A stretch of DNA of 64,000 nucleotides from positions 3,680,001-3,744,000 of the forward strand of contig CBDCKW010000009.1 of the NCBI GenBank assembly GCA_965218435.1. Reading direction: 5' to 3'. The position numbers were made by a program, and so were the translations under genes. The stretch is from Truepera sp. (GTDB lineage Bacteria > Deinococcota > Deinococci > Deinococcales > Trueperaceae). Under the pieces are notes generated by a model, which did not search any database, was not told the DNA's origin, and worked only from the letters and a program-made list of their open reading frames with translations. Position 1 is the first letter of the stretch, and every line of letters starts with the position of its first letter. Below, piece after piece: positions 29,262 to 39,228 of the stretch.

Positions 29262-30296
29262 ATGAGATTTTTCTTTGCTCTGTTGTTTCTTATCATCTCT
29301 TCTACCTTCGCCCAGCCCTACTACCGGGGTGAGGTAGAGTTTGCGCTGGACTCGAGCCTCAGCACAGCGTTTCCAGCCCAAAACGGCTTGACACTGGCAG
29401 GGCACCTCGAGGCCGGTTACGACTTGGACCTTGACGACTTGGGACTCAGTGACGCTTCTCCAGTTGCGTTTAACCTCGTCCTCGACCCGAGCATACACGT
29501 TAGCCAACTTGTTACGACCGAGCCAGGGCTGACCGAGCTCTACGCCGCGACAACTTACGGCGACGTTGACCTCAGCTTGGGCGTCGAGCGGCTGCCGTTA
29601 GAAACCGCCCGCTTGAGCGTGCCTTACAGCGTTGAAACCGTGGGGGTGCGGGGCGTTCGTCACGGTGTAGCGGGCGTGCGCGGCGTCTTTTATAGCGGCG
29701 ACTGGCGTGTGCGGGGAGCTGTCTTTTATAGAGACACTGAGCGAGATTTTCTCGAGAATGTGACGCCGCTCGTGAGTGTCAGCCGAACGTTTAACAGCTT
29801 TGACTTGGAGGCTCACGCGCTCTACCAAAACGGCCTCGTTGCCGGACTCAGTAGCAGCGGCTTGGTCAGCGACGTGGTGGTTTACGGCGAAGCGTGGCTT
29901 TTGGTGGACGCAGGTTTTAACGACGTTTCTGGGCGGGGCGCGTTGGGGCTGAACGGGAACCTGGCAACCGGAACCTGGACGCTCGAGGCTGCCTACCTAG
30001 CGCCGGGACTAACGAGCCTTAAAGACGATGACGACTTCTCTCCCTCACAACTGTCATCCACAGCCGACCCGCGTCCCGCAGTGCTGGGTCAGGTCACACT
30101 GCCACTCGGCGACGAGGGCGATATGAGCTTGTCGCTAACCGGTAACGCGTTTTTCGACCCGGACGCACTGCGTTCGGGTGTCGGCGCGGGCTATACGCTC
30201 TTTGGAGACAGCGAACTCACACTCGGCGCAGCGGCGCGGTTCGGGCCTGAACCTGTGGTTGCGACGCTCAGCTTGAGCCTAAAAGCGTTTTTCTGA
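29262..30296 (+). CDS. Hypothetical exported protein, probable outer-membrane beta-barrel
   Basis: Signal peptide, alternating amphipathic strands, C-terminal LSLSLKAFF. Confidence 0.6.
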   Translation: MRFFFALLFLIISSTFAQPYYRGEVEFALDSSLSTAFPAQNGLTLAGHLEAGYDLDLDDLGLSDASPVAFNLVLDPSIHVSQLVTTEPGLTELYAATTYGDVDLSLGVERLPLETARLSVPYSVETVGVRGVRHGVAGVRGVFYSGDWRVRGAVFYRDTERDFLENVTPLVSVSRTFNSFDLEAHALYQNGLVAGLSSSGLVSDVVVYGEAWLLVDAGFNDVSGRGALGLNGNLATGTWTLEAAYLAPGLTSLKDDDDFSPSQLSSTADPRPAVLGQVTLPLGDEGDMSLSLTGNAFFDPDALRSGVGAGYTLFGDSELTLGAAARFGPEPVVATLSLSLKAFF

Positions 30297-30436
30297 ATCT
30301 TTAGCTCGAGTCTAAGGTCGGTAGCTACTGCTGATTGGGTCCGCAAAGCCCTGTAAGACGTTATTCTTGCTGTCAACTTGACGCAACCTTTGCAAAATCT
30401 TGATGCAAAAAGCGCATACTTGCATTGGAGGAACTC

Positions 30437-31462
30437 GTGAGCAAATCAGCATTCCCAGAAAAGCTTACCAAGACGATTTTTGGCAGTACAGGCGTCGTCG
30501 TAGGTTCAGTTTTAGCCGCAGTGGGCGGTTGGTGGCTTTACAGCAGACTCGGTATCAACCATGACGCCGAACTGCCCCCGGCCATTGACGCACCCCGAAC
30601 CAACTTTACGACCAAGGCCGCCGGACGGCTGAATTACTACAAGAACGACAACGACAGTGGCACCCCCCTCGTCCTGCTTCACAGCGTCAACGCGGCGGCG
30701 AGCGCGTTTGAGGTGAAGCCGCTGTTTGACATGTACCGCAACACCCGCCCGGTGTACGCCCTCGAGCTTCCGGGCTACGGGTTTTCAGACCGCGCTGACC
30801 GGGACTACACGCCTGAGCTTTTTGCCGGGGCCTTCGGTGAGTTTTTAGAGACGCAAGTGGGTAAAGCCGCCGACGTGGTGGCGTTGTCGCTCAGCAGTGA
30901 GTTCGTAGCGAGAGCAGCCCTTACTGCCCCGCAGCTGTTCCGTTCCCTGACCCTGATTTCTCCTACCGGTATGAACACCAAACGCGAGGCGAGAGCCTCG
31001 GACAAAGCTGGAAAGGAAGGCGGCAACGAGACGTTTTACGCCGTCTCGTCAAACCCGCTCTGGGCAAGAGCGTTTTATGACCTGATTGCGACGCCTGCCA
31101 GCATCCGCTACTTTTTGCAGAAGAGTTTCGTCGGGCCGGTGCCCCAAGACCTAGCGCGTTACAGCTACCTGACCTCGCATCAACCGGGGGCCGAACACGT
31201 CCCGCTGCGGTTTATCGCCGGCAAGCTCTTTAGCCCGCAAGTCAGAAAGCGGGTTTACGAACAGCTGAACGTACCGACGCTGGTGCTCTTCGATGAAGAC
31301 GGCTTTGTCAGCTTTGAAAAACTGCCTACACTGACCGCTGCCAACCCCAAGGTCAAGGCAGTGAGGCTCGAGCCCTCGAAAGGCTTGCCGCAGTTTGAGA
31401 TGCCGAGCCGCACGGCGCAGGTGCTGGACAGCTTTTGGCGTGAAGTCGGCGTTCACACCTAA
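30437..31462 (+). CDS. Alpha/beta fold hydrolase
   Basis: PLVLLHS, LPGYGFSD and ALSLSS nucleophile region. GGAGG RBS before GTG. Confidence 0.8.
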   Translation: MSKSAFPEKLTKTIFGSTGVVVGSVLAAVGGWWLYSRLGINHDAELPPAIDAPRTNFTTKAAGRLNYYKNDNDSGTPLVLLHSVNAAASAFEVKPLFDMYRNTRPVYALELPGYGFSDRADRDYTPELFAGAFGEFLETQVGKAADVVALSLSSEFVARAALTAPQLFRSLTLISPTGMNTKREARASDKAGKEGGNETFYAVSSNPLWARAFYDLIATPASIRYFLQKSFVGPVPQDLARYSYLTSHQPGAEHVPLRFIAGKLFSPQVRKRVYEQLNVPTLVLFDEDGFVSFEKLPTLTAANPKVKAVRLEPSKGLPQFEMPSRTAQVLDSFWREVGVHT

Positions 31463-31558
31463 CGAGCTTTATAGCTGGGATGTGATTTGCTTGCGCCCAT
31501 CAAAAAGCCCCCGCTCTATACGGGGGCTCGACCACGCTGTCCAAGACAGCTTTTATTT

Positions 31559-31633
31559 TGGCTCCGCGGGTAGGGCTCGAACCTACGACCGATCGATTAA
31601 CAGTCGATTGCTCTACCACTGAGCTACCGCGGA
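31559..31633 (-). tRNA. tRNA-Asn(GTT)
   Basis: Reverse strand TCCGCGGTAGCTCAG..ATCGA-CT GTT AA-TCGAT..GGAGCCA. Confidence 0.97.
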
Positions 31634-31709
31634 ACACGCGCCCGCATAACGTTCAAGCAGGCGAAGCCAGTTTAACAGGGTGCGCTCGCCCTTGGCAAGT
31701 GCAAGGCGC

Positions 31710-33635
31710 TCAGACGTCCTCTAAGTACGTGTACCCCACTAACTCCGCACTGTACTTGCTGAGGAGCGCCTCAGCGTCCGGGCGCGACAGGGTACCGTTT
31801 GCCATCGCCTCATCCGCCTCTTCAATGAGCCAGTCCCGAAGCTGCGGTGCTTCGTAGCCCATATTTTCAATGACGCGGCGCGCCTTTTGACCATTGACGA
31901 TACGTTCGATGATGAAACCTTCGGGTGTCAAGCGGATGTGCGCTTCGTTGACACGGCCGAAGAGGTTGTGCGAGTTGGCCAGCACATCTTGGTATGCGCC
32001 CGTCAAAAACCCGCCTAAATAGTAGGGTTCCCCGTTGAGTTTGTGAAGTGGCAACGTCGCTTTGACGTCGCGGAGGTCGATAAACTTATCAATTTTACCG
32101 TCCGAATCGCACGAGATATCTACCAGCGTGGCGTCCCTGGTCGGTCTCTCGTCGAGCCGGTGCAAGGGCGCAATCGGAAAAAGTGCGCCGATAGCCCAGT
32201 GGTCGGGCAAGCTTTGGAAAAGGCTGAAGTTGCAGATATATTTGTCGGCTAAGAGCTTGGGCAAATCTTCGATGTCTTCAGGTACATAGTCCAAGTCGCG
32301 GACGATACGCCCGATTTTACTGAGCGTTTGGTAGTACAAGGTTTCGATGTGGGCGCGCTCTAAGATGCTCAAATAGCCCAGGTCAAACAGGCTGTGCATC
32401 GTGTCTTTATTACCTACCGCGTCGTTAAAGACCTCGCGGTAGTTTTTGAGCGTGACGGTCTCTAACAGCTCACGCATATCGCGGACGAGCGTGTGCGCGT
32501 CATCCGGCAAAGCCGGCAGCGTGACCGCGACCTGTGTCGGACCCACCGCGTCTATGACTGGTAAGACCAAAACCGCGTGGTGTGCGGTCAGGGCGCGGCC
32601 CGATTCGGAGACGACGATAGGGTGCGGCACGCCCGCTTCTTGGCAGGTTTCTAAGATCGTATAGATGACCGTATCGGCGTACTCTTGCAAGCCGTAATTG
32701 GCCGACGCGTGAAAACTCGTACGAGAACCGTCGTAATCTACTGCCAAACCGCCACCGACGTTTAAGTATTCGACCTCAACGCCGAGTTCGCGCAGCTCGA
32801 CGTAGGTCTGCGCCGCCTCGCGCACCGCCGCCCGGACTTTGCGGATGTCGGTGACCTGCGAGCCCACGTGACAGTGCACCATCTTGAGCGTATCCAACAT
32901 CCCCAAGTCGCGCAGTTTTTCGGTTGCGCCGATCATCTCGCCGGTGCTGAGGCCGAACTTGGCGTTGTCGCCGCCCGAGTCTTCCCACTTGCCTGAGCCC
33001 TGCGCGTGCAACTTAAAGCGTAAGCCCAAGGCCGGACGAATCCCCATTTCACGGCTGACCTTGAGGACGCGCCCTAGTTCCGTGTACTTCTCGAGGGTAA
33101 TCACGACGTTTTTATTTAGTCGCCGCCCCCAGAGTGCCAGCCGGATAAAGTCCTCGTCCTTAAAACCGTTACAGCATAAAAGCGCCTCAGGATGGAGGTC
33201 TTGCACCAAACAGAGCGCCAGCTCAGCTTTGCTCCCGGCCTCGACGCCGGTCCGGTAACGTGCGCCCGCCTCGGCGATGGTTTCTAGCACGACCCGGCGC
33301 TGATTGACCTTGATTGGGAAGACGCCTTGGTAGTGGTTTTGATACTCAAACTTCTCGGTGGCCGTAGCAAAGGCCCGGTTAAGCTGCGCCAGCCGGTCTT
33401 CTAAAATCTGCGGAAACCGTAAAATTAGCGGCAGCGCGTGACCTGCGTCCCGAAACTCGCGGATCATCCCCAGCAGCGGTGCTTTCATCCCGTCAAGCGT
33501 CACGTTCATCTCGCCGCGCACGCCGACCTCGAAGTAGCCGCCGCTCCAGTTGGGGACGCCGTAAAGTTCAGCCGCGTCGGACGCCTTAAAACGCTTGTCG
33601 AGCGCAGGGTTGGTTGTACGTTGTGTAAGGTTCAT
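31710..33635 (-). CDS. speA: Biosynthetic arginine decarboxylase
   Basis: FPIKVNQ (PLP Lys), EAGSKAEL, HVGSQ, VGGGLAVDY, DISCDSDG and HNLFG. GGAGG RBS. Confidence 0.95.
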   Translation of the reverse strand: MNLTQRTTNPALDKRFKASDAAELYGVPNWSGGYFEVGVRGEMNVTLDGMKAPLLGMIREFRDAGHALPLILRFPQILEDRLAQLNRAFATATEKFEYQNHYQGVFPIKVNQRRVVLETIAEAGARYRTGVEAGSKAELALCLVQDLHPEALLCCNGFKDEDFIRLALWGRRLNKNVVITLEKYTELGRVLKVSREMGIRPALGLRFKLHAQGSGKWEDSGGDNAKFGLSTGEMIGATEKLRDLGMLDTLKMVHCHVGSQVTDIRKVRAAVREAAQTYVELRELGVEVEYLNVGGGLAVDYDGSRTSFHASANYGLQEYADTVIYTILETCQEAGVPHPIVVSESGRALTAHHAVLVLPVIDAVGPTQVAVTLPALPDDAHTLVRDMRELLETVTLKNYREVFNDAVGNKDTMHSLFDLGYLSILERAHIETLYYQTLSKIGRIVRDLDYVPEDIEDLPKLLADKYICNFSLFQSLPDHWAIGALFPIAPLHRLDERPTRDATLVDISCDSDGKIDKFIDLRDVKATLPLHKLNGEPYYLGGFLTGAYQDVLANSHNLFGRVNEAHIRLTPEGFIIERIVNGQKARRVIENMGYEAPQLRDWLIEEADEAMANGTLSRPDAEALLSKYSAELVGYTYLEDV

Positions 33636-33745
33636 TTTGGCCTCCAGCGCGCCGAGAGACTGCTTATGGCAGCTAGGCAAACAGAGGTGAGAATAGCACG
33701 TGTAGCGCGCTTTTCTCGTCTGCTGAACTGAGGTTAAGCAGACAT

Positions 33746-33795
33746 ACACGGATTTTTACGGCCGTTCCTACACACACGGATTTTTACAGCCGTTC
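33746..33795. repeat. Two 22-bp direct repeats upstream of speA
   Basis: ACACGGATTTTTACRGCCGTTC at 33746-33767 and 33774-33795. Confidence 0.85.
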
Positions 33796-34088
33796 TTAAA
33801 GCGCCGCCAAATTGCCACGCCTTACGCAGCTAAAGGGCGACGTAAGGCGTTAAACCAGTGAGGATAGACGGGGGTAACGCGTGGCTGAGGAGTGCTGGGA
33901 GCAAACAAAAGCTAAACCTAACTGCTCACCGCTCGAGTTCCTCCGGCGTTTTAGTCACGAGCGCCACGCTTAAATAGAGAACAAACAGCACGGTAAGGAG
34001 GTCGAGCACGGTGCAGTTTAAGACGTACACCGCCCTTGCAGACGCATAACTTCGCACCGTCTAAAGGGCACAGCTAAAACAGTTGTTC

Positions 34089-34304
34089 CTAAGCTGCCTC
34101 CAAGCTGTATTCGTTCGGCTGCAGCTCACCCAGCAGCGCCGATAAGTAGCTCGCCCGCTGACGCCTCAGCTGACGCAGCGTTTTGTTTAGTGCCGCGTCG
34201 TTTAGAAGCCGAGCTTTTACGCCCTCAGCGCGTTCAATCTCGTTTTCCAAGCTGACGATTTTAGCAATCAGGGTTTGTTCAGCAGCGTTAGGGGTGTAGG
34301 TCAC
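34089..34304 (-). CDS. Small hypothetical coiled-coil protein
   Basis: 71 aa, GGAGGAG RBS, heptad-like helix. Confidence 0.55.
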   Translation of the reverse strand: MTYTPNAAEQTLIAKIVSLENEIERAEGVKARLLNDAALNKTLRQLRRQRASYLSALLGELQPNEYSLEAA

Positions 34305-34701
34305 AGCTCCGTCTCCTCCAAGTCGGGTGGTAAGTTAGCTTTCAGATGGTCCACATGGACCTGAAAGGGTCTGTAACGCTACTTTAAGGCGTGCATTCTG
34401 ACAAAACTCTGACTCTTGGGGACACGGTGGTCTCAACCCAGGTCAATTGGCGCAGTTATCAGACAGCTTACAAAAAAGTCTCGCGTAAACTACACGGGAC
34501 AAAAGGAGCGTACCCAACATAATAAAGAGAGACCGGGCAGCTCGAGCCGACTCTGATTCGGACGTTTGTATAAGATAGTTTGTAGCTCTGCCTCAAACCG
34601 AGCTGCACCCACCAAAAAGCACCAAGGCTCTTAACACTTACCCACGACAAATTTTGTAAAGACGTAACGGTTTTAAGCTGAAGTGGTAGATGTTGGTTTC
34701 T

Positions 34702-34803
34702 TTAGCAGGTATCAGCTGGGCGGCAACGCTCTCAATCTAAGTTTAGCTGACCAGCACGCACATTCTGCGATGATACTTGTGGCGACCTCTTATGGAAATG
34801 CTA
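34702..34803 (+). repeat. Dispersed intergenic repeat, long copy
   Basis: Matches 19381-19482 (reverse complement) and 9084-9148. Confidence 0.9.
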
Positions 34804-35138
34804 CTTTGAGGTAAGGTTCGCTGAGATAACGAGGTAAGCCGAGAGAAACGAGTAGGATTGTGGTCAGCTTCGCAGTCGGTTTGATGGTTTGGTATATGGT
34901 CAACCTCCCGTCGCAAAGTATGCCCTTGCCGAACACCTATAGATACAGATTTATCTTACGGACGGCCGTCTAACGGACCCTAGGGTCAATCTGGGCGCAA
35001 CCTAAACGGATAACCTCGGCGTGACCTCTTTACCTCAGCAGAGACCGGAAAACGCGACCCGCCGAGCCAAAAGCGCCCAAGGTGGGTAGGGGCCAACCTT
35101 GGGCACGGTAAAGTGGAAATCAACGTCTTTAGGTCAGT

Positions 35139-38100
35139 CTAGCCGCACTTGCTGTAGCCGCAGGTGTAGCACTTGACGCAGCCTTCTTCACGTACTAAAG
35201 TGCCGCCGCACCCTTCGGGGCAGCTGGTCTTTTCTAACGCGGGGCTCTGAACGCCGGCGGTCTCGAGCGCCACTGCAATCAGATCAGCCTTAGACGCCAC
35301 CATCCGGCCCTGATACGAGCCGTACATCCCGCCGTTGATGCCGCGCAGCGTTTTCACAATCGCCTCAGCCGGAACCCCGTACTGCAGCGCAATCGAAACG
35401 AGTCGTCCGAGCGCCTCGGAGTCGGCCATAATCTCTTCGCCGCCCTTGCCCGACTGGATAAAGACCTCGGTCGGCAGATCGTCTTGCTTGTTCACAGTCA
35501 GGTAGAAGCTGCGCCGCTCACCGCTCGAGGTCGTCAGCTTTACGCTGTCGGTAAAGCCGACGAGCCGCCCCGGACGGTCAAAAAGGGGTTCACCGGGGAG
35601 ACGCTGAGGGTCTTCGGCAGCTTCTTGAACGGGGGCTGCTTGGGAACGTTGAGGTTGAGCAGCTTGGACGCCCGCTTTCTTTTTGCCGTCGCTCTTTTTG
35701 GTGGATAAGACCTGAAACTGCCTCGAGCCGTCGCGGTAGACCGTAATCCCTTTACAACCCGTGTCAAACGCTTGGCTGTAGGCGTCGTACACGTCTTGCA
35801 CAGTTGCGTGGTTCGGCATATTGATGGTTTTAGAGATGCTGTTGGCGACCCTTTCACCGCCCGCATCGAAGGCGCTCTGCACCGTGCCCTGCATCAACAC
35901 GTGTGCGCCCGGGGCGATGTCGTGGGCACAGACCAGCACGCGCTGCACCGCTTCGGGGATAAACGCGATGCCCTGCACGCTGCCGTGGTTGTTTTGCACG
36001 GCCTCGACTACTTTGTCCCAATCCCACGCGCCGTTTCTGGTGCAGTCTGGGTGCGGTGGGTGCTGCTCTAACATCTCGCGGAAAAGCGGGGAGACGAGCG
36101 CCGCATACGAGTCACCGATTTTGCGGTAGATAAAGGGCGCAAAGATGGGTTCAACGCCAGAGGAGACGCCCATCAGCATACTCGTCGTCCCGGTCGGGGC
36201 CACGGTCAAGAGGGCGACGTTACGGCGGGGAGTGTCCAAATCGCTCTCATTAAAAAGCGGAAACGCGCCGCGCTCCCCAGCGAGTTCTCGGCTCGCCTGC
36301 GTCGCACCCTCACGTAGTTCGTCAATCATCGCTTTGGCGGCGGCGCGGCCCTCGGGCGCGTCGTAACGGAGGCCCATCTTGATAAGCGCGTCGGCCAGTC
36401 CCATAATGCCGAGCCCAAGTCGCCGCAGCTTCATGCTCATGCTGCGGTTATCTTCTAAGGCAAAACGGTTGACGTCTAGGACGTTATCCAGAAATCTGAT
36501 ACAGGTCTTGGTGTCATCCTTAAAGCTTGCCCAATCAAAGCCGCTGAGCCCTTGGTCGGGTGTCTCGACGTACTGCGCGAGGTTGATTGCGCCCAAGTCG
36601 CAGGGTTCACCGGGAAAAAGGGGGATTTCTCCGCATTGGTGGGCGACAATACCGTTGGCAACAACCGAGTGGGCAACCGGTTCGGTCGTGTCGTAAACAC
36701 TCTCTATACCTTCAAAGACGATCTCGGTCACAACTGTTTCAAATGGTTCTGTATTTGAGGGGCGTTGTTTAGAGGCGATAAAATCAAGAACGCGTTGCTG
36801 CTTACTGCGCGTTAGAAAACCGATTTTATGGGCAAACAGATCACGGTTAATTTTATCCAGCATAAGCTCGTATTGACTGGCGTGCGGATAGAGCTGCGTG
36901 CCTCCTTTGCCGTCCGGCATTGCGCGTACACCCGCCTCGCGGCGCTGGTAGAGACGCGAGACGAGACCGAAGTTAGAAAGCAAGAGTTGAACGTCTTTTA
37001 GCAAAGTTTCGGACGAACTTGCCAGCCGAATACTACAACTCTTCTTGCTACAACTAAGATTGACCGTACCGTCAGCAGTAAAAAGCCCCTGCAAAAAACC
37101 CACGACCGCCTCACGTGGTGCCGAGAAGATGCTCTCAGGCACACGTTTGTTGATCGCTTTTTCAGAGCCTAATCCTAGCGCAGCCAAGTAGCGAATCACG
37201 ACCTTGCCAAACCTGATCTGTGAGCAGCTAGCATGATGCTGGACGCTTCCACCAAACCACGCTTTGTACTGGGCAATCGTGTCTTTTAACTCCTCGTAAT
37301 CACTTTCTGAAAAGGTAATACCTGCTTTATCCTCACTTACGAAGCCGTCGCCCACCATAAATCCTAGAAACGCGCCGAGGTCGCGGCTCCACCGCTCCGG
37401 CATACCCCCAAACTTCTCGCGTACATCCTTGCGCCCTGTACGTGAGGTAACGTCACCACGGTTGTTGCTACCCGCCGTTGCCAGCAGTTCAGCGTGCGCA
37501 GAGAGGACTTCGTGGGTAAAAGCATAGTGATCGCTCCACATCCCCTCAGCACTCTGAACGAAGAGCGTGTCACCGGTAGAGAGTTCAGCGAGTTCTTTCC
37601 AACCGTCTGGTGTCAAAAATTTGTGATTCGCCGTGGCGCGCACCTCAAAACCGTGCTTAGTGGTAACTCGGTAGACCTTTTCAGCTTCCGAAGTCTTAAA
37701 CACAGGAACGGCAGCTCGAGGGGTAACGCCTAAACCGTTTGTCAATACGCGGCGGTCTGAAGCGACTACAAGTTCTTCCTGGGTTTTGTAAAGCTCTCCT
37801 AAAGTGAGGAGGCCACGCTGCGTGGCGATGCGAACATCTGCGGGAAAACACGGATTCGTTGCCTTGATGTCCCCGAGCGCCCCCCGCATCGGATTAAACG
37901 CGTTGATCCGGTCTATAAAAATGAGTCCCGGCTCACCGGTCTGCCACGCGTGCTCGGCCACGTCTTGCAGTACATTTCGCGGTACATTTTGCTGTACGCC
38001 GGACGCACGCGTCTTTTTTGCGGCTTCCATAAACGTGTCTGAAACGAGCACCGAGATGTTAAAGGTGCTGATGTCGCCCTCGGCCTCTTCGCGCTCCAAG

Positions 38101-39038
38101 TCTTTACAGGTGATGAAGTCCTGAATATCGGGGTGCGTGACCGACATCGTCGCCATCCCTGCGCCGCGCCGGGTGCCGCCCTGCCGAATCACGCGCAACG
38201 TCGGGGCGAAGATATAACGGAGCGTTGCAATAGGTCCGGCGTAAGCTGCGCCGCCCAAGGACGCCCAAAGTGCGAAGTTGTCGAAGACCTCGACGGCAAA
38301 CGATGACGGCCCGCTGCTGCTGCCGCCCGAACCCTCGACCGGCGTTCCTTCAGCGCGGAGCCCGGACAGGTCTAAAAGCAGATCGTCGCCGGTAAGGACT
38401 GAGCTGACCGCCTCACTCGCGCTCTGCCAGATGCTTTCGACCGAATCACCGACGTTTACAGTCGGCAGCGCGTCGGGTACTTCGTCTTGCTCTAAAAAAG
38501 AGGCGTAGCGGTAACCTTTGCTCACATATTTGCCGTGAACGAGGTCCATATAAGTGCCACTTTTGACCTTGGCGTAGTCGGGGTGCGAGGCTGAAATCGT
38601 GAGGTAGAGCCCGCCAGTACGTGCGTTGTAAGGGCGTTTGGGCGAAAGCGGGTCGAGACAGAGGCCGTTACCGCCACCGACTTTGGTCACAAGCGCCAGT
38701 TTGGTCGCTAGGTGCATCACCCAAGCGTCGGTACCGACGGTTTCCGGTGAGCCGTCCTGAACAAAGCAGTTGAGCACGTTGCCGTGGTTGGTTGCCGCGC
38801 CCGCGAGAACTCGTCCACCGGGGCAGAAACGCTTCGAGGCCATCAGATCGAAGAACCGTTCCTCGAGCCCCCCCCGTTCCCTTTCAGCTTCCGGTGACGC
38901 TACCCACGCCGCTACTCGGCCGAACAACCCGGCTAAGTCGTCATCCCCCGGCTGAAAATATTGCCGTTTGGCGATGGTTACGGCGTGCTCATCGAAGTCG
39001 CTCAGCATAGGGTCTACTCGTTCGGGCTGTGTACTCAC
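35139..39038 (-). CDS. nrdJ: Class II (adenosylcobalamin-dependent) ribonucleotide reductase with intein
   Basis: PGGRVLAGA, NCFV, RQGGTRRGAGM, GEPGLIF, TNP|CGEIPL, APTGT, KGITVYRDGSR, C-terminal TSCPD-like domain and Zn ribbon. Confidence 0.93.
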   Translation of the reverse strand: MSTQPERVDPMLSDFDEHAVTIAKRQYFQPGDDDLAGLFGRVAAWVASPEAERERGGLEERFFDLMASKRFCPGGRVLAGAATNHGNVLNCFVQDGSPETVGTDAWVMHLATKLALVTKVGGGNGLCLDPLSPKRPYNARTGGLYLTISASHPDYAKVKSGTYMDLVHGKYVSKGYRYASFLEQDEVPDALPTVNVGDSVESIWQSASEAVSSVLTGDDLLLDLSGLRAEGTPVEGSGGSSSGPSSFAVEVFDNFALWASLGGAAYAGPIATLRYIFAPTLRVIRQGGTRRGAGMATMSVTHPDIQDFITCKDLEREEAEGDISTFNISVLVSDTFMEAAKKTRASGVQQNVPRNVLQDVAEHAWQTGEPGLIFIDRINAFNPMRGALGDIKATNPCFPADVRIATQRGLLTLGELYKTQEELVVASDRRVLTNGLGVTPRAAVPVFKTSEAEKVYRVTTKHGFEVRATANHKFLTPDGWKELAELSTGDTLFVQSAEGMWSDHYAFTHEVLSAHAELLATAGSNNRGDVTSRTGRKDVREKFGGMPERWSRDLGAFLGFMVGDGFVSEDKAGITFSESDYEELKDTIAQYKAWFGGSVQHHASCSQIRFGKVVIRYLAALGLGSEKAINKRVPESIFSAPREAVVGFLQGLFTADGTVNLSCSKKSCSIRLASSSETLLKDVQLLLSNFGLVSRLYQRREAGVRAMPDGKGGTQLYPHASQYELMLDKINRDLFAHKIGFLTRSKQQRVLDFIASKQRPSNTEPFETVVTEIVFEGIESVYDTTEPVAHSVVANGIVAHQCGEIPLFPGEPCDLGAINLAQYVETPDQGLSGFDWASFKDDTKTCIRFLDNVLDVNRFALEDNRSMSMKLRRLGLGIMGLADALIKMGLRYDAPEGRAAAKAMIDELREGATQASRELAGERGAFPLFNESDLDTPRRNVALLTVAPTGTTSMLMGVSSGVEPIFAPFIYRKIGDSYAALVSPLFREMLEQHPPHPDCTRNGAWDWDKVVEAVQNNHGSVQGIAFIPEAVQRVLVCAHDIAPGAHVLMQGTVQSAFDAGGERVANSISKTINMPNHATVQDVYDAYSQAFDTGCKGITVYRDGSRQFQVLSTKKSDGKKKAGVQAAQPQRSQAAPVQEAAEDPQRLPGEPLFDRPGRLVGFTDSVKLTTSSGERRSFYLTVNKQDDLPTEVFIQSGKGGEEIMADSEALGRLVSIALQYGVPAEAIVKTLRGINGGMYGSYQGRMVASKADLIAVALETAGVQSPALEKTSCPEGCGGTLVREEGCVKCYTCGYSKCG
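36636..37850 (-). mobile_element. Intein (405 aa) with LAGLIDADG homing endonuclease and C-terminal His-Gln
   Basis: Block A CFPADVRI, block B ATANHKF, LGFMVGDG and FLQGLFTADG, block G ANGIVAHQ|C. Confidence 0.93.
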
Positions 39039-39187
39039 TGGGGCCTCCTCGGTTGTACCAAATCTTGTACTTCTTTAAGCTACTTGCACATCTTACTGTA
39101 TTTGCACATACTACTTTAGACGCTAACCGCACTACTCGTCAAGTCCTTTGGGTGATTGTGAGTTGGTTAGAGGATTAGAGGAACATA

Positions 39188-39228
39188 CCACATGGTGTAC
39201 GGGGGCGGCAAGTCCCCTCAAGATATAG
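39188..39228. promoter_or_regulatory. Putative tandem NrdR boxes
   Basis: Cores CCACATGGTG and CAAGATATAG 31 bp apart upstream of nrdJ, plus a third candidate CCAAATCTTG at 39058-39067. Confidence 0.5.

Noticed and set aside
33746..33795. Repeats as a CRISPR array or guanidine-II riboswitch
   Set aside because: Only two units with a 6-nt gap, no cas genes, and no ACGR-capped twin hairpins.
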